This document shows positions 54,971 through 63,716 of a stretch of DNA of 64,000 nucleotides, one piece after another (within the stretch, counting starts at the first letter, position 1; each line of letters opens with the position of its first letter). Source of the DNA: Paludibacteraceae bacterium. Its GTDB lineage: Bacteria; Bacteroidota; Bacteroidia; Bacteroidales; Paludibacteraceae. The stretch is taken from contig JAFVTU010000015.1 in assembly GCA_017503075.1 (NCBI GenBank), forward strand, positions 36,071 to 100,070, in the 5' to 3' direction. The notes under the pieces were generated by a model. That model saw only the letters and a program-made list of their open reading frames with translations. It ran no database searches and was not told the DNA's origin. The translations under genes and the position numbers were made by a program.

Positions 54971-57700
54971 ATGAGAAAATTTACATTATTTATTTTTGCA
55001 GCATTCGCATCTATAGCGTTTGCTCAAGTAACTACTGTACCAGGTATTATTCAAAAAGGGTACGGTGGAGAGGTAACTATTATCTTTAATCCAAATGAAG
55101 GTAACAAAGGCATGGTGGGTGCGACACAATGCTACGCACACACGGGACTTATTACTTCTGATTCATCCAACGATGGCGACTGGAAGAATGTAGTAGAAAG
55201 TTGGCGTGAAAATACTTCCAAAACTCAATTGACCAAAGATGGCAATAATTGGAAATTGGTAATCCCAAATATCTACACTTTTTACAATTGTTCTAAATCA
55301 ACTGATATCAAGAAACTTGCTTTTGTGTTCCACGATGGTAAAGGTGGATCAAAGGAGGGTAAAACAGCCGAGAATGCAGATATCTTTGTAGAATTGGCAG
55401 AAGTTGGCTTAGCAGCATCGATTAGTACTTCAATGCCTGAGATTTCCTCTATGGGTCAATCTGTTACATTAAACTGCTATGCTACAGCTACAGCTACTTT
55501 GACCTTAAAACTCAATGGATCAGTGGTAAAAACGGCTAATGGTACTGAGATGACATATGCCCATAAGTTAGACAAGCAGGGTAATTATAATTTTGAGTTG
55601 ACTGCTACTAATGGTACAGAAACCAAAACTGCTACAGCATTTACATGTGTGCCTACAGCGCCAATCAAAGCAAATCGTCCAACTGGTATCATCAATGGTA
55701 TCTACTACGATAAGAATGATCAAACCAAAGTCACTCTTTGTACTTTTGCTGGCAGCAAAACAGAACCTGCTAAACATGTCTTTGTAGTAGGTGATTTCAA
55801 CGATTGGACGATTTCTAATGATTATCAACTCAAGCAGGCCAACGATAGTGCATATTTCTGGATTGAACTTTCAGGACTTACTCCTCAAAAAGAATATGCT
55901 ATGCAATATGTTGTTGTTCGTGCAGATGGGCAGGTAAAGCGCATTTCTGATTTATATTCTGAATTGGTGTTGCACAAAGATGACTCTTGGGAACCTTCGC
56001 AAAACTATCCTAACTTGAAACCTTATCCTGCTGCTGGTGAAGGCTATGTGACCGTTATCCAAACTGGTAAACCAGAGTTTAATTGGTCTGATGCCACACT
56101 CAACTTTAAGCGCCCTAACAAAAATAATCTCATTATCTACGAACTTTGGGTTCGTGATCACACACCTGCTCGTACATTCAAGGGCTTGATGGAGCGTATG
56201 GAGTATTTTGAGGATTTGGGTGTAAATGCCATAGAATTAATGCCTATATGCGAATTTGATGGCAATGATAGTTGGGGATATAATCCAAATCACTATTTTG
56301 CAGTGGATAAGTCATATGGTTCTTCAGATGAATTAAAACTATTTATTGACGAGTGTCACAAACGTGGCATAGCAGTCATTATTGATATGGTATTCAATCA
56401 TACTACAGGTCAGAATCCGATGGCTGAATTGTATCCTTATGGTAATGATTTGAAGGATAACCCTTGGTTCAATAAAACAGGTTCTATCCCCCATAAGGAT
56501 AGAGAATTTGAACCAGACTGGAATCATGATTTCGGGCCAACTAAAACGATGTTTATTCGTTGTTTTCAATATTGGCTCAATGAATACAAGGTGGATGGAT
56601 TCCGTCTTGACTTAAGTCATGGTCTTTGTGGTACAACAGACGATGATGTTGAGCATTTGCAAGAGTATTATGCAAAAGGCGTAAAGGCTATTTCTCCAGA
56701 TGCATATCTGACTTTAGAGCATTGGGATAGTGGAGCTTCAACTCTTGTAAATGCTGGAATGTTGTGCTGGGATAATACATCAAATGCCTACTGTCAAACG
56801 GCCATGGGATGGCTTAAAGATGGTGATGACCTTTCTAGTGCGAATAAAGATGGTTATATCTCATATTGTGAGAGTCATGATGAGGAACGCTCTTTCTTTA
56901 AGGCGAAGCAATGGGGCAATGGTGACCTTAAAACCAACGAGGAAGCTCGCATAGCGCGTGTGCCATTGAATATGGCATTCCTTACTTTACTCAATGGACC
57001 ACAAATGTTCTATCACTTTGCAGAATTAGGCTTTGATGATTCTAAGTTCCAAAATAAAGATAGCAAATGGGGTAAAAATGATTATGGAATTGTTAGTGAA
57101 TTAGGAGAAAATTATGATGCTAAAACACAAGTTAAAAAGCGTGTAGAGCAATGGCTTACAAAAGGGAATCTACATATGGCAGCTTTCCAAAAGGTAGGTC
57201 AAATCATTCAACTCCGTACTCGCATAATGCCTGAGGTTTTTGAAGGTAACCCAACTGCTGCTAGCCTTGGGTCTGGAAAATCACTTCGCTATATCCAATG
57301 GGGTGCCAATGTTTATGTAGCCGGTAATTTCGGTGTTACAGGCAATCAAACTGTTACATTACCAAGTGGTACTTGGTACAACTACTTCCAACAAAAGCAG
57401 CAATCAGGAACAATCACACTCACTCCTGGCGAAGTGGCTATTTTCACTGGCAAACAAGTGACTCTGCCACAAATGCCAGAGGCATATGATTTTGCAACCG
57501 ATGTGGAGAATATATTTATCCCAGAGGTCTCTACAGAGATATTGCCTCCATATAATGTGATAATTTACACCATTAGCGGTCAGCCTATTTCTGTACAACG
57601 CAATGTAGAGCAGATTGATTTCAATGGCCTTAATAATGGTTTGTATATCATTCAATATGAAAAGAATGGTCAACGAGTTGCTAAGAAAATAATTCGTTAA
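54971..57700 (+). CDS. GH13 alpha-amylase-family enzyme with N-terminal Ig/CBM-like domains and a T9SS C-terminal sorting domain
   Basis: Signal peptide MRKFTLFIFAAFASIAFAQ. GH13 regions DMVFNHT, GFRLDLSHG and ESHDE. The tail NGLYIIQYEKNGQRVAKKIIR is typical of Por/T9SS CTDs. Confidence 0.85.
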   Translation: MRKFTLFIFAAFASIAFAQVTTVPGIIQKGYGGEVTIIFNPNEGNKGMVGATQCYAHTGLITSDSSNDGDWKNVVESWRENTSKTQLTKDGNNWKLVIPNIYTFYNCSKSTDIKKLAFVFHDGKGGSKEGKTAENADIFVELAEVGLAASISTSMPEISSMGQSVTLNCYATATATLTLKLNGSVVKTANGTEMTYAHKLDKQGNYNFELTATNGTETKTATAFTCVPTAPIKANRPTGIINGIYYDKNDQTKVTLCTFAGSKTEPAKHVFVVGDFNDWTISNDYQLKQANDSAYFWIELSGLTPQKEYAMQYVVVRADGQVKRISDLYSELVLHKDDSWEPSQNYPNLKPYPAAGEGYVTVIQTGKPEFNWSDATLNFKRPNKNNLIIYELWVRDHTPARTFKGLMERMEYFEDLGVNAIELMPICEFDGNDSWGYNPNHYFAVDKSYGSSDELKLFIDECHKRGIAVIIDMVFNHTTGQNPMAELYPYGNDLKDNPWFNKTGSIPHKDREFEPDWNHDFGPTKTMFIRCFQYWLNEYKVDGFRLDLSHGLCGTTDDDVEHLQEYYAKGVKAISPDAYLTLEHWDSGASTLVNAGMLCWDNTSNAYCQTAMGWLKDGDDLSSANKDGYISYCESHDEERSFFKAKQWGNGDLKTNEEARIARVPLNMAFLTLLNGPQMFYHFAELGFDDSKFQNKDSKWGKNDYGIVSELGENYDAKTQVKKRVEQWLTKGNLHMAAFQKVGQIIQLRTRIMPEVFEGNPTAASLGSGKSLRYIQWGANVYVAGNFGVTGNQTVTLPSGTWYNYFQQKQQSGTITLTPGEVAIFTGKQVTLPQMPEAYDFATDVENIFIPEVSTEILPPYNVIIYTISGQPISVQRNVEQIDFNGLNNGLYIIQYEKNGQRVAKKIIR

Positions 57701-57730
57701 TCTTCATTTCACAATATACTTCATTTTGAT

Positions 57731-57764
57731 AACTGCGTCAATCCACTTGACGCAGTTATTTTTT
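57731..57764 (+). terminator. Rho-independent terminator of the amylase gene
   Basis: aactgcgtcaa tccac ttgacgcagtt atttttt. Confidence 0.8.
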
Positions 57765-57811
57765 CAATCTAATGACGTTCTTATTCTTTTATCGCACCTT
57801 CCCTGCACGCA

Positions 57812-57855
57812 CCATACAATAACCATACAATAACCATACAATAACCACACAATTC
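57812..57855. repeat. Perfect 11-bp tandem repeat ccatacaataa x3 plus one degenerate unit
   Basis: Units at 57812, 57823 and 57834, followed by ccacacaattc at 57845. Confidence 0.9.
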
Positions 57856-57917
57856 GTTACCTCTATAGGAGTGAGAGAATAGACAATTTTGTCATCTTTG
57901 ATATACCTCGCTTCTAA

Positions 57918-57950
57918 CAAAAAAATAAGGTGCCCTCTCGGACACCTTAT
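57918..57950 (-). terminator. Rho-independent terminator of the small OMP gene
   Basis: The stem is ataaggtg / caccttat (57925-57932 / 57943-57950). An A-run on the + strand precedes it, giving a U-run on the minus transcript. Confidence 0.65.
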
Positions 57951-57977
57951 TTATATATTCACTATTTCTAAATTCTA

Positions 57978-58472
57978 TTAGAACAAGTAGCGAACACCAA
58001 GGCTGATACCGCTGTAAAGACCATAAGGGTTGAAGCCTACATAACTTCCCCAACCTTCAACACCGATGTTTGGACGCCAATCCAAAGAAAGTTGCAATGG
58101 GAAATCAAAGCAATACTCAACACCTACGTGACCAACTGCACCAACATACCAAGAGGTAGTAATCCATCGATTAAACAAGTGATAAGCACCAGCACCAGCA
58201 CCAACACCAAGATACCAATTCCATTGACCAGCATAGTTCCAAGGAATTGCAGTACCAAATGGGTTAATCCAATCATAAGTAGCGGTAGCACCGATACCAG
58301 AAAAGAGTGGGAGGTTCAATGAAACATCAATCATATTTGCCTCACCAAGAGCGTGTTGGTAAGAAATATCAAAACCATAACCGATGTTTGCACCAATTGC
58401 GCGTGGTTGTGCTACTGCTGTTGCAACACTTACAAGTGCCAACACAGCAACTAATAAGATACTCTTTTTCAT
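57978..58472 (-). CDS. Small outer-membrane beta-barrel protein
   Basis: Signal peptide MKKSILLVAVLALVSVATAVAQ, alternating aromatic/Gly-rich strands, and a C-terminal ...GVRYLF ending in Phe. Confidence 0.7.
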   Translation of the reverse strand: MKKSILLVAVLALVSVATAVAQPRAIGANIGYGFDISYQHALGEANMIDVSLNLPLFSGIGATATYDWINPFGTAIPWNYAGQWNWYLGVGAGAGAYHLFNRWITTSWYVGAVGHVGVEYCFDFPLQLSLDWRPNIGVEGWGSYVGFNPYGLYSGISLGVRYLF

Positions 58473-58554
58473 AACATTTTGGTTTTTAATTGTTTATAAT
58501 TAATTTTGCGTTTTGTTTTCTTAAGAAACAGTATTTTCTTAATGAACTTGACCG

Positions 58555-58586
58555 CAAAGTTACTACTTTTTTTTATATGATGCAAA
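58555..58586 (-). promoter_or_regulatory. Promoter of the OMP gene
   Basis: caaagtta at 58555-58562, a T-run, then gcaaa at 58582-58586. Confidence 0.5.
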
Positions 58587-58599
58587 TTTTTGGTTAATT

Positions 58600-59130
58600 T
58601 TATTGAAAAAAACTAAAATGTACACTTCCATAACTGCGTTGCTCTACAAAATGAGGATGATTGTAGAAATCATTTTGTTTAGAGTGTTCTAGCACAAAGT
58701 AGCCGTCTTCTTTTAGGATGCCTTGCTCAAAAATTAAATCGGGTAGGGTAGGCAGTTGCTCCAAATCATATGGAGGATCGGCATAAATAAAGTCGTATTG
58801 CACATGGCAGGCTTTTACGAACTTAAACACATCACCACGAATCAAGTGCAAGTTTTTTATACCCAATTGTTTACAAGATGAAATAATAAAGTTTTGTTGT
58901 GTATGTGCCATCTCTATGGCAGTTACTTCTCGTGCTCCGCGTGACACAAATTCTAGTCCTATTCCACCTGTGCCCGCAAACAAATCCAGCATATCCACGC
59001 CCTCAAAATCCATACGATTTGTAAGGAGGTTAAACAAACTCTCCTTTGCAAAATCCGTTGTCGGACGTGCTGTTATATTTTTAGGGGGCATCAATCGACG
59101 CCCCCTAAACATTCCCGAAATAATTCTCAT
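58600..59130 (-). CDS. rsmD: 16S rRNA (guanine966-N2)-methyltransferase
   Basis: 176 aa. MRIISGMFRGRRL, DLFAGTGGIGLE and the DPPY motif (ADPPYD). Confidence 0.88.
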   Translation of the reverse strand: MRIISGMFRGRRLMPPKNITARPTTDFAKESLFNLLTNRMDFEGVDMLDLFAGTGGIGLEFVSRGAREVTAIEMAHTQQNFIISSCKQLGIKNLHLIRGDVFKFVKACHVQYDFIYADPPYDLEQLPTLPDLIFEQGILKEDGYFVLEHSKQNDFYNHPHFVEQRSYGSVHFSFFQ

Positions 59131-59134
59131 ATTT

Positions 59135-59213
59135 CTTACCTTATCGCCTCTTCGCCTTATCGCCTATAAGCGCTTGCGCCGTCCTATAGCCCGAAGGGCG
59201 TCCTATAACCCAA
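59135..59213. repeat. Word filler with the mini-hairpin gccc-gaa-gggc between two co-oriented genes
   Basis: ccttatcgcct at 59139 and again at 59155. gcgcttgcgccgtcct resembles 48417-48432. tatagcccgaagggcgtcctata resembles 24852-24875, which lies inside a CDS. Confidence 0.65.
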
Positions 59214-59215
59214 TA

Positions 59216-59980
59216 TTACTCCCAGTTACCTGCGTTGTTGTTAGGTGCATCCACCGAACCAACCTTCAGACCTGGATAGTGATCCAATTTCTCCTCTTTA
59301 TCAATTAAGTTCACGCGCTCTTGATTGTTGAGGTCGTGAAGATAGGTATTGTAGTGAGCACGAATCTCAAAGATAGGTACCTTGATACCTTGTGAAGTAG
59401 TGTAACCATTGTTGGTCTCTACTTCAAACTTCACATTGTCAGTGTAAGGAATATATACAATCTCACCGATAGTTTCCTCTGTATATTGACCTTTGTAGAG
59501 AGATTGAATCATATTGGTGAGGATAGTATCACGGCGGAAACCTTGCAAACCTTCAGCTTTCACTTCACGGTCTTTCTCCCAAATATAGTTGTAGAGAAGA
59601 TCCAAACTATCTGTACCTTGGAATTTCATCTTGCGTTGTGCTTTCAAGCGTGCACGTTCCAAAATTTTTGCTGCTTTATTCTCGGTCAAGCCGTCTTCCA
59701 ATTGTTTCTCGGTCAAAGAACCCACCTTATACACCTCTTTCTTTGGAGTAGTCTTCAAATACTCTATCAAAGAGTCAAGGTCTGCTGTGAAATAGCCCTT
59801 ATCCAAACGGAATTGCGCCTCTGCAGTACGCAAACTAACTAGGTTGTTAATGACTTTCACTTCGCGTTGTACACGAGCTTCCTCAAATTGAATAGGAGTT
59901 ACAACACTCTTAACGCAGATGTATGCCATAAAAACTACAGCTACACCCAACAAAATACGGATAATTACTTTTGTATTCAT
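59216..59980 (-). CDS. Conserved hypothetical membrane-anchored protein (N-terminal TM helix, pilin-like amphipathic start)
   Basis: 254-aa ORF with its own promoter and the anchor IRILLGVAVVFMAYICV. I recognised no catalytic motif. Confidence 0.5.
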   Translation of the reverse strand: MNTKVIIRILLGVAVVFMAYICVKSVVTPIQFEEARVQREVKVINNLVSLRTAEAQFRLDKGYFTADLDSLIEYLKTTPKKEVYKVGSLTEKQLEDGLTENKAAKILERARLKAQRKMKFQGTDSLDLLYNYIWEKDREVKAEGLQGFRRDTILTNMIQSLYKGQYTEETIGEIVYIPYTDNVKFEVETNNGYTTSQGIKVPIFEIRAHYNTYLHDLNNQERVNLIDKEEKLDHYPGLKVGSVDAPNNNAGNWE

Positions 59981-60044
59981 GATTACTTAAATTTATATTC
60001 AATCAAAATTTAGCGAATTTGTACAAAATCCCACAAATTCGCTG

Positions 60045-60092
60045 CAAAATTACTAAATCTTTTTCATATATGCAAATTTTTTTGTAACTTTG
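60045..60092. promoter_or_regulatory. Divergent promoters (hypothetical/rsmD leftward, RSH rightward)
   Basis: caaaatta at 60045-60052 serves the minus strand and taactttg at 60085-60092 serves the plus strand. Confidence 0.5.
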
Positions 60093-60118
60093 CAGCCGAA
60101 AAAGGTAAATTTGTTACT

Positions 60119-61567
60119 ATGGCAAACGAAGATAGCAATAAGGTGCTATACGATATCCTCAACGAACGCTTAGAGTTATTGCGTTCTTTGGACAAAGATG
60201 GCGACACTGATCGTCGTCGCCACGTGGCGCGTGAGACCAAAGAGCTCCATGCTCCTTTGGCGCATCGACTAGGTCTATATGCCATCAAAACGGAAATGGA
60301 GGATCTTTCGCTAAAATTTACCGACTACAAGACCTATAAGTATATCGCGCACGCGCTCAATGAGAAGAAAGCACAGCGCGATGCTTACATCTCCTCTTTC
60401 ATTACGCCACTTGAGCAAAAACTCAAAGATAACGGATTTACTTTCACTATCAAAGGTCGTCCTAAATCCATCCATAGCATCTACAACAAGATGCAAGCGC
60501 AGCATTGCGATGTGGATCGCATCTACGATCTTTTTGCTATCCGAATCATCCTTGACTCTCCACTCGAACGCGAGAAACTAGATTGCTGGCAAGTATATTC
60601 CCTAATCACGGACATGTATCGCCCCAATCCTAAGCGCCTGCGCGACTGGCTGAGTGTACCCAAGGAGAATGGGTACGAGAGTCTTCATACTACCGTCTTA
60701 GGTCCCGAAGAGAAATGGGTGGAGGTGCAAATTCGTACCCGCCGTATGGATGAGGTGGCAGAAAAAGGTGTAGCTGCACACTGGTCATACAAAGGTGTGG
60801 ACGGCAATCGTCTCAATACCGATGCGCAGAGCGTCTATGTCTTTACTCCTACGGGCGACCTCAAGCGACTGGCTGCAGGAGCTACTGTGCTTGATTTTGC
60901 ATTCTCTATCCATAGCGATGTGGGCTGCAAATGTGTAGGTGGACGCATACGCAACCAAAATGTGAGTATTCGCCAGAAACTCCAAAATGGTGATCAGGTG
61001 GAAATTCTAACATCTCCTAATCAAAAACCTACTGCTGATTGGCTCAATGCTGTAGTTACTAGCAAAGCGAAAAACAAGATTCGCCAAGCACTCAAAGAGA
61101 TAGAATATCGCAATGCAGCAGAAGGACGTGAGATGCTGGAACGACGTTTCAAGAATTGGAAACTTGACTACGAGGAGGGCGATATCTCCCGCCTCGCGCT
61201 CAAACTAGGATATAAAGTCACCAACGACCTTTACCAGTCCATCGCTTTAGGCAAGGAGGATATACTGCGTTTAAAAGATGTGTTCCTCACGTTGGATGCT
61301 CCTAACACCGATTTCCAACGTTCAGAGCACGTATATGTGCCTCAGAATCACGAGGCGTTGGCTATTGAGGTGGATATTAATGTTAAGAGTGTGGACTACA
61401 ATCTTGCCAAATGTTGCGATCCGCAACCAGGCGACGCTATCTTTGGGTTTATTAGTATCAACAATGGTATTCGTATCCACCGTTGCGACTGCCCTAATGC
61501 CGAACATATGCGCGAGCGACATGCCTATCGTATCCTCCCCGCCCGATGGGCTAAAAAGAAAGAATAA
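60119..61567 (+). CDS. RelA/SpoT homologue with synthetase, TGS, helical and Cys-rich (ZFD) regions only; the HD hydrolase and C-terminal ACT/RRM domains are absent
   Basis: Synthetase motifs [23 protein letters not shown] and [11 protein letters not shown]...[28 protein letters not shown] segment [13 protein letters not shown]...GDQVEILTS. Cys-rich segment [15 protein letters not shown]...IHRCDCPN. The protein starts at the ...APLAHRLG helix that normally follows the HD domain. Confidence 0.75.
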   Translation: MANEDSNKVLYDILNERLELLRSLDKDGDTDRRRHVARETKELHAPLAHRLGLYAIKTEMEDLSLKFTDYKTYKYIAHALNEKKAQRDAYISSFITPLEQKLKDNGFTFTIKGRPKSIHSIYNKMQAQHCDVDRIYDLFAIRIILDSPLEREKLDCWQVYSLITDMYRPNPKRLRDWLSVPKENGYESLHTTVLGPEEKWVEVQIRTRRMDEVAEKGVAAHWSYKGVDGNRLNTDAQSVYVFTPTGDLKRLAAGATVLDFAFSIHSDVGCKCVGGRIRNQNVSIRQKLQNGDQVEILTSPNQKPTADWLNAVVTSKAKNKIRQALKEIEYRNAAEGREMLERRFKNWKLDYEEGDISRLALKLGYKVTNDLYQSIALGKEDILRLKDVFLTLDAPNTDFQRSEHVYVPQNHEALAIEVDINVKSVDYNLAKCCDPQPGDAIFGFISINNGIRIHRCDCPNAEHMRERHAYRILPARWAKKKE

Positions 61568-61575
61568 CTCATAAC

Positions 61576-62223
61576 TTGAACAACTATCCTTCCATATTAC
61601 TCTCCGAAGCGGTTGACCAGTTCGCTTCTTTACCTGGAGTAGGACGCAAGACGGCTTTGCGCCTTGTGTTGCATCTGCTTCGTCAGAGCGATAAGGAGGT
61701 GGAAGTTTTTGCGGGGGCACTCACCCGCCTCAAGCAAGAGGTGAAGTACTGCCGTGTATGCCATACTATCTCTGATCAAGAGGTGTGTCCAATATGCCAA
61801 TCTCACTCGCGCGACAAGCATACTATTTGTGTAGTGGAGAACGTGCAAGATGTGATGTCGATTGAGAACACAGGTCAGTACAATGGTCTGTATCATGTAT
61901 TGGGCGGAATCATCTCTCCAATGGATGGAGTAGGACCATCAGATATAGAGATCGACTCTCTTGTCGCTCGCATAGAGAAGGAAGATATCCACGAAGTTAT
62001 CCTCGCTTTACCGACCACGATGGAAGGCGACACTACTAACTTCTACATCTACCGTCGCCTACAAAATACAACTCTACACCATTCTACACAACTGCTAAAC
62101 GATACTACACCACTTAAGATCTCCCAAATCGCTCGTGGCGTAGCCATCGGCAACGAACTTGAATATACCGATGAGATCACCCTCGGGCGTTCCATCGTCA
62201 ACCGCATAGAATTTAAAATGTAA
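61576..62223 (+). CDS. recR: Recombination protein RecR (TTG start in the track)
   Basis: [12 protein letters not shown] helix-hairpin-helix, the zinc finger [16 protein letters not shown], a Toprim domain, and a C-terminal [16 protein letters not shown] motif. Confidence 0.88.
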   Translation: MNNYPSILLSEAVDQFASLPGVGRKTALRLVLHLLRQSDKEVEVFAGALTRLKQEVKYCRVCHTISDQEVCPICQSHSRDKHTICVVENVQDVMSIENTGQYNGLYHVLGGIISPMDGVGPSDIEIDSLVARIEKEDIHEVILALPTTMEGDTTNFYIYRRLQNTTLHHSTQLLNDTTPLKISQIARGVAIGNELEYTDEITLGRSIVNRIEFKM

Positions 62224-62687
62224 TGGAAAAAAACATCATCAAAACCCTCAATCTGTACTACTATTGTGTACTGATTCTCACCCTCATCTCAGGAACATTG
62301 GCATATTTCCTGATTATGAAAGATTTTGTGCAACCTATTGACCCTATGTCCACACTCGGAAAGGTGCTGCAATATGTCGTTATTTTTGACGCCTTGCTCA
62401 CTATCCCTACTGGCTTGTATCTTTGCAAACGCCAGTGTATCAAACTCGCAGAACTTACCGACGAAGCAGTCAAACTTGCAGGTTACAAACGTGCTGCTAC
62501 TTGGCGTATCTTGTTGGTTAGCAATACGATGGTTTTTGGTATAGCAGCATTCTACCTTATGGGCGCATACCAATCCATGTTGTGGATTACGGCCGTTTCG
62601 GCTATTGGTTGGTACTTCACCAAACCATCTGAAGCCAAACTCCAAGCCGAACTCCAACCCAAACAACCCAATCAAGAAAACTACTAA
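62223..62687 (+). CDS. Small hypothetical membrane protein (about 4 TM)
   Basis: 154-aa ORF whose start overlaps the recR stop. It has hydrophobic helices and no recognisable motifs. Confidence 0.45.
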   Translation: MEKNIIKTLNLYYYCVLILTLISGTLAYFLIMKDFVQPIDPMSTLGKVLQYVVIFDALLTIPTGLYLCKRQCIKLAELTDEAVKLAGYKRAATWRILLVSNTMVFGIAAFYLMGAYQSMLWITAVSAIGWYFTKPSEAKLQAELQPKQPNQENY

Positions 62688-62698
62688 ATTCTACGAAT

Positions 62699-63118
62699 AT
62701 GGTAATCGCAATTGACTTCGACGGTACTATCGTTACCCACGCATATCCTGCAATTGGCAAACCCATTCCATTTGCAATTGAGACACTCAAGAAACTTCAG
62801 CAAGAGGATCATCATCAACTCATTCTATGGACTTGCCGCGAGGGCGACCTTTTGCAAGAGGCCATTGACTACTGTGCTGCGCGTGGATTGGAGTTCTATG
62901 CTGTGAATTCCAATTTCCCAGAGGAAACATCGGATATTGTTCGTGCTCGCAAATTGGAGGCGGATCTCTTTATCGATGACCGCAACTTAGGTGGTATTCC
63001 TGATTGGGGAGTAATCTACCAAATGATTCATTCTGGCAATCACTTCAAACCTGCACCAACTGGTATGCCAGCAGAAGAACCTCAACGCAAAAAAGGTCTT
63101 TTTGGTCTCTTTGGCTAA
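62699..63118 (+). CDS. Small HAD-like (DxDGT) hydrolase-fold protein
   Basis: The N-terminus MVIAIDFDGTIV carries the HAD motif I. 139 aa. Confidence 0.5.
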   Translation: MVIAIDFDGTIVTHAYPAIGKPIPFAIETLKKLQQEDHHQLILWTCREGDLLQEAIDYCAARGLEFYAVNSNFPEETSDIVRARKLEADLFIDDRNLGGIPDWGVIYQMIHSGNHFKPAPTGMPAEEPQRKKGLFGLFG

Positions 63119-63158
63119 TACTATTCATCACTCATCACTCATAGTTCATACTTAAGCA

Positions 63159-63716
63159 ATGCTCCGCTTGCGCAAAATAGAGCCCTCTGATCTCCCATTT
63201 CTTTATCAATGGGAGAATGATGCTACGATGTGGGCAGATTCGGATACGCATAATCCGCTATCTCGTCACGACCTGCATCAATACATTGAGAACACCACAG
63301 GCGACATCTACCGCGATGGACAATTGCGCTTGATCATTACTAATCTACAGCAAAGCGATCTACCATCTACAGGCGAAGCCGATCTACAGCCACAAAGTGG
63401 CGATCTAACCTCCTCATCGCCTAATATCATAGGCTGCATCGACCTTTTTGATTTCGATGCCCGCAATCGCAAAGCGGCAATAGGCATGTATATCGCCCCT
63501 GAAGCGCGTGGCAAAGGTGTAGGGAAACAAGCAGTCCAATTGCTTCTAGAATACGCCTTTAATTTCTTACACTTGCGTATGGTATATGCCATTATCAGCG
63601 TGCATAATACCGCTTGCTCGCATATCTACGAGCAGATGGGCTTTACCCCTTCTTCTCCTCTCGCCAACTGGACCCTCGAAGGTGACGCCATCCTTTGGCA
63701 AAAATCACAAGACTAA
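63159..63716 (+). CDS. GNAT-family N-acetyltransferase (RimJ/RimL/SpeG-like) with a low-complexity insertion
   Basis: LRKIEPSDLPFLYQWEND, the acetyl-CoA motif RGKGVGKQAVQLLLEYAF, and HNTACSHIYEQMGF. Confidence 0.75.
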   Translation: MLRLRKIEPSDLPFLYQWENDATMWADSDTHNPLSRHDLHQYIENTTGDIYRDGQLRLIITNLQQSDLPSTGEADLQPQSGDLTSSSPNIIGCIDLFDFDARNRKAAIGMYIAPEARGKGVGKQAVQLLLEYAFNFLHLRMVYAIISVHNTACSHIYEQMGFTPSSPLANWTLEGDAILWQKSQD

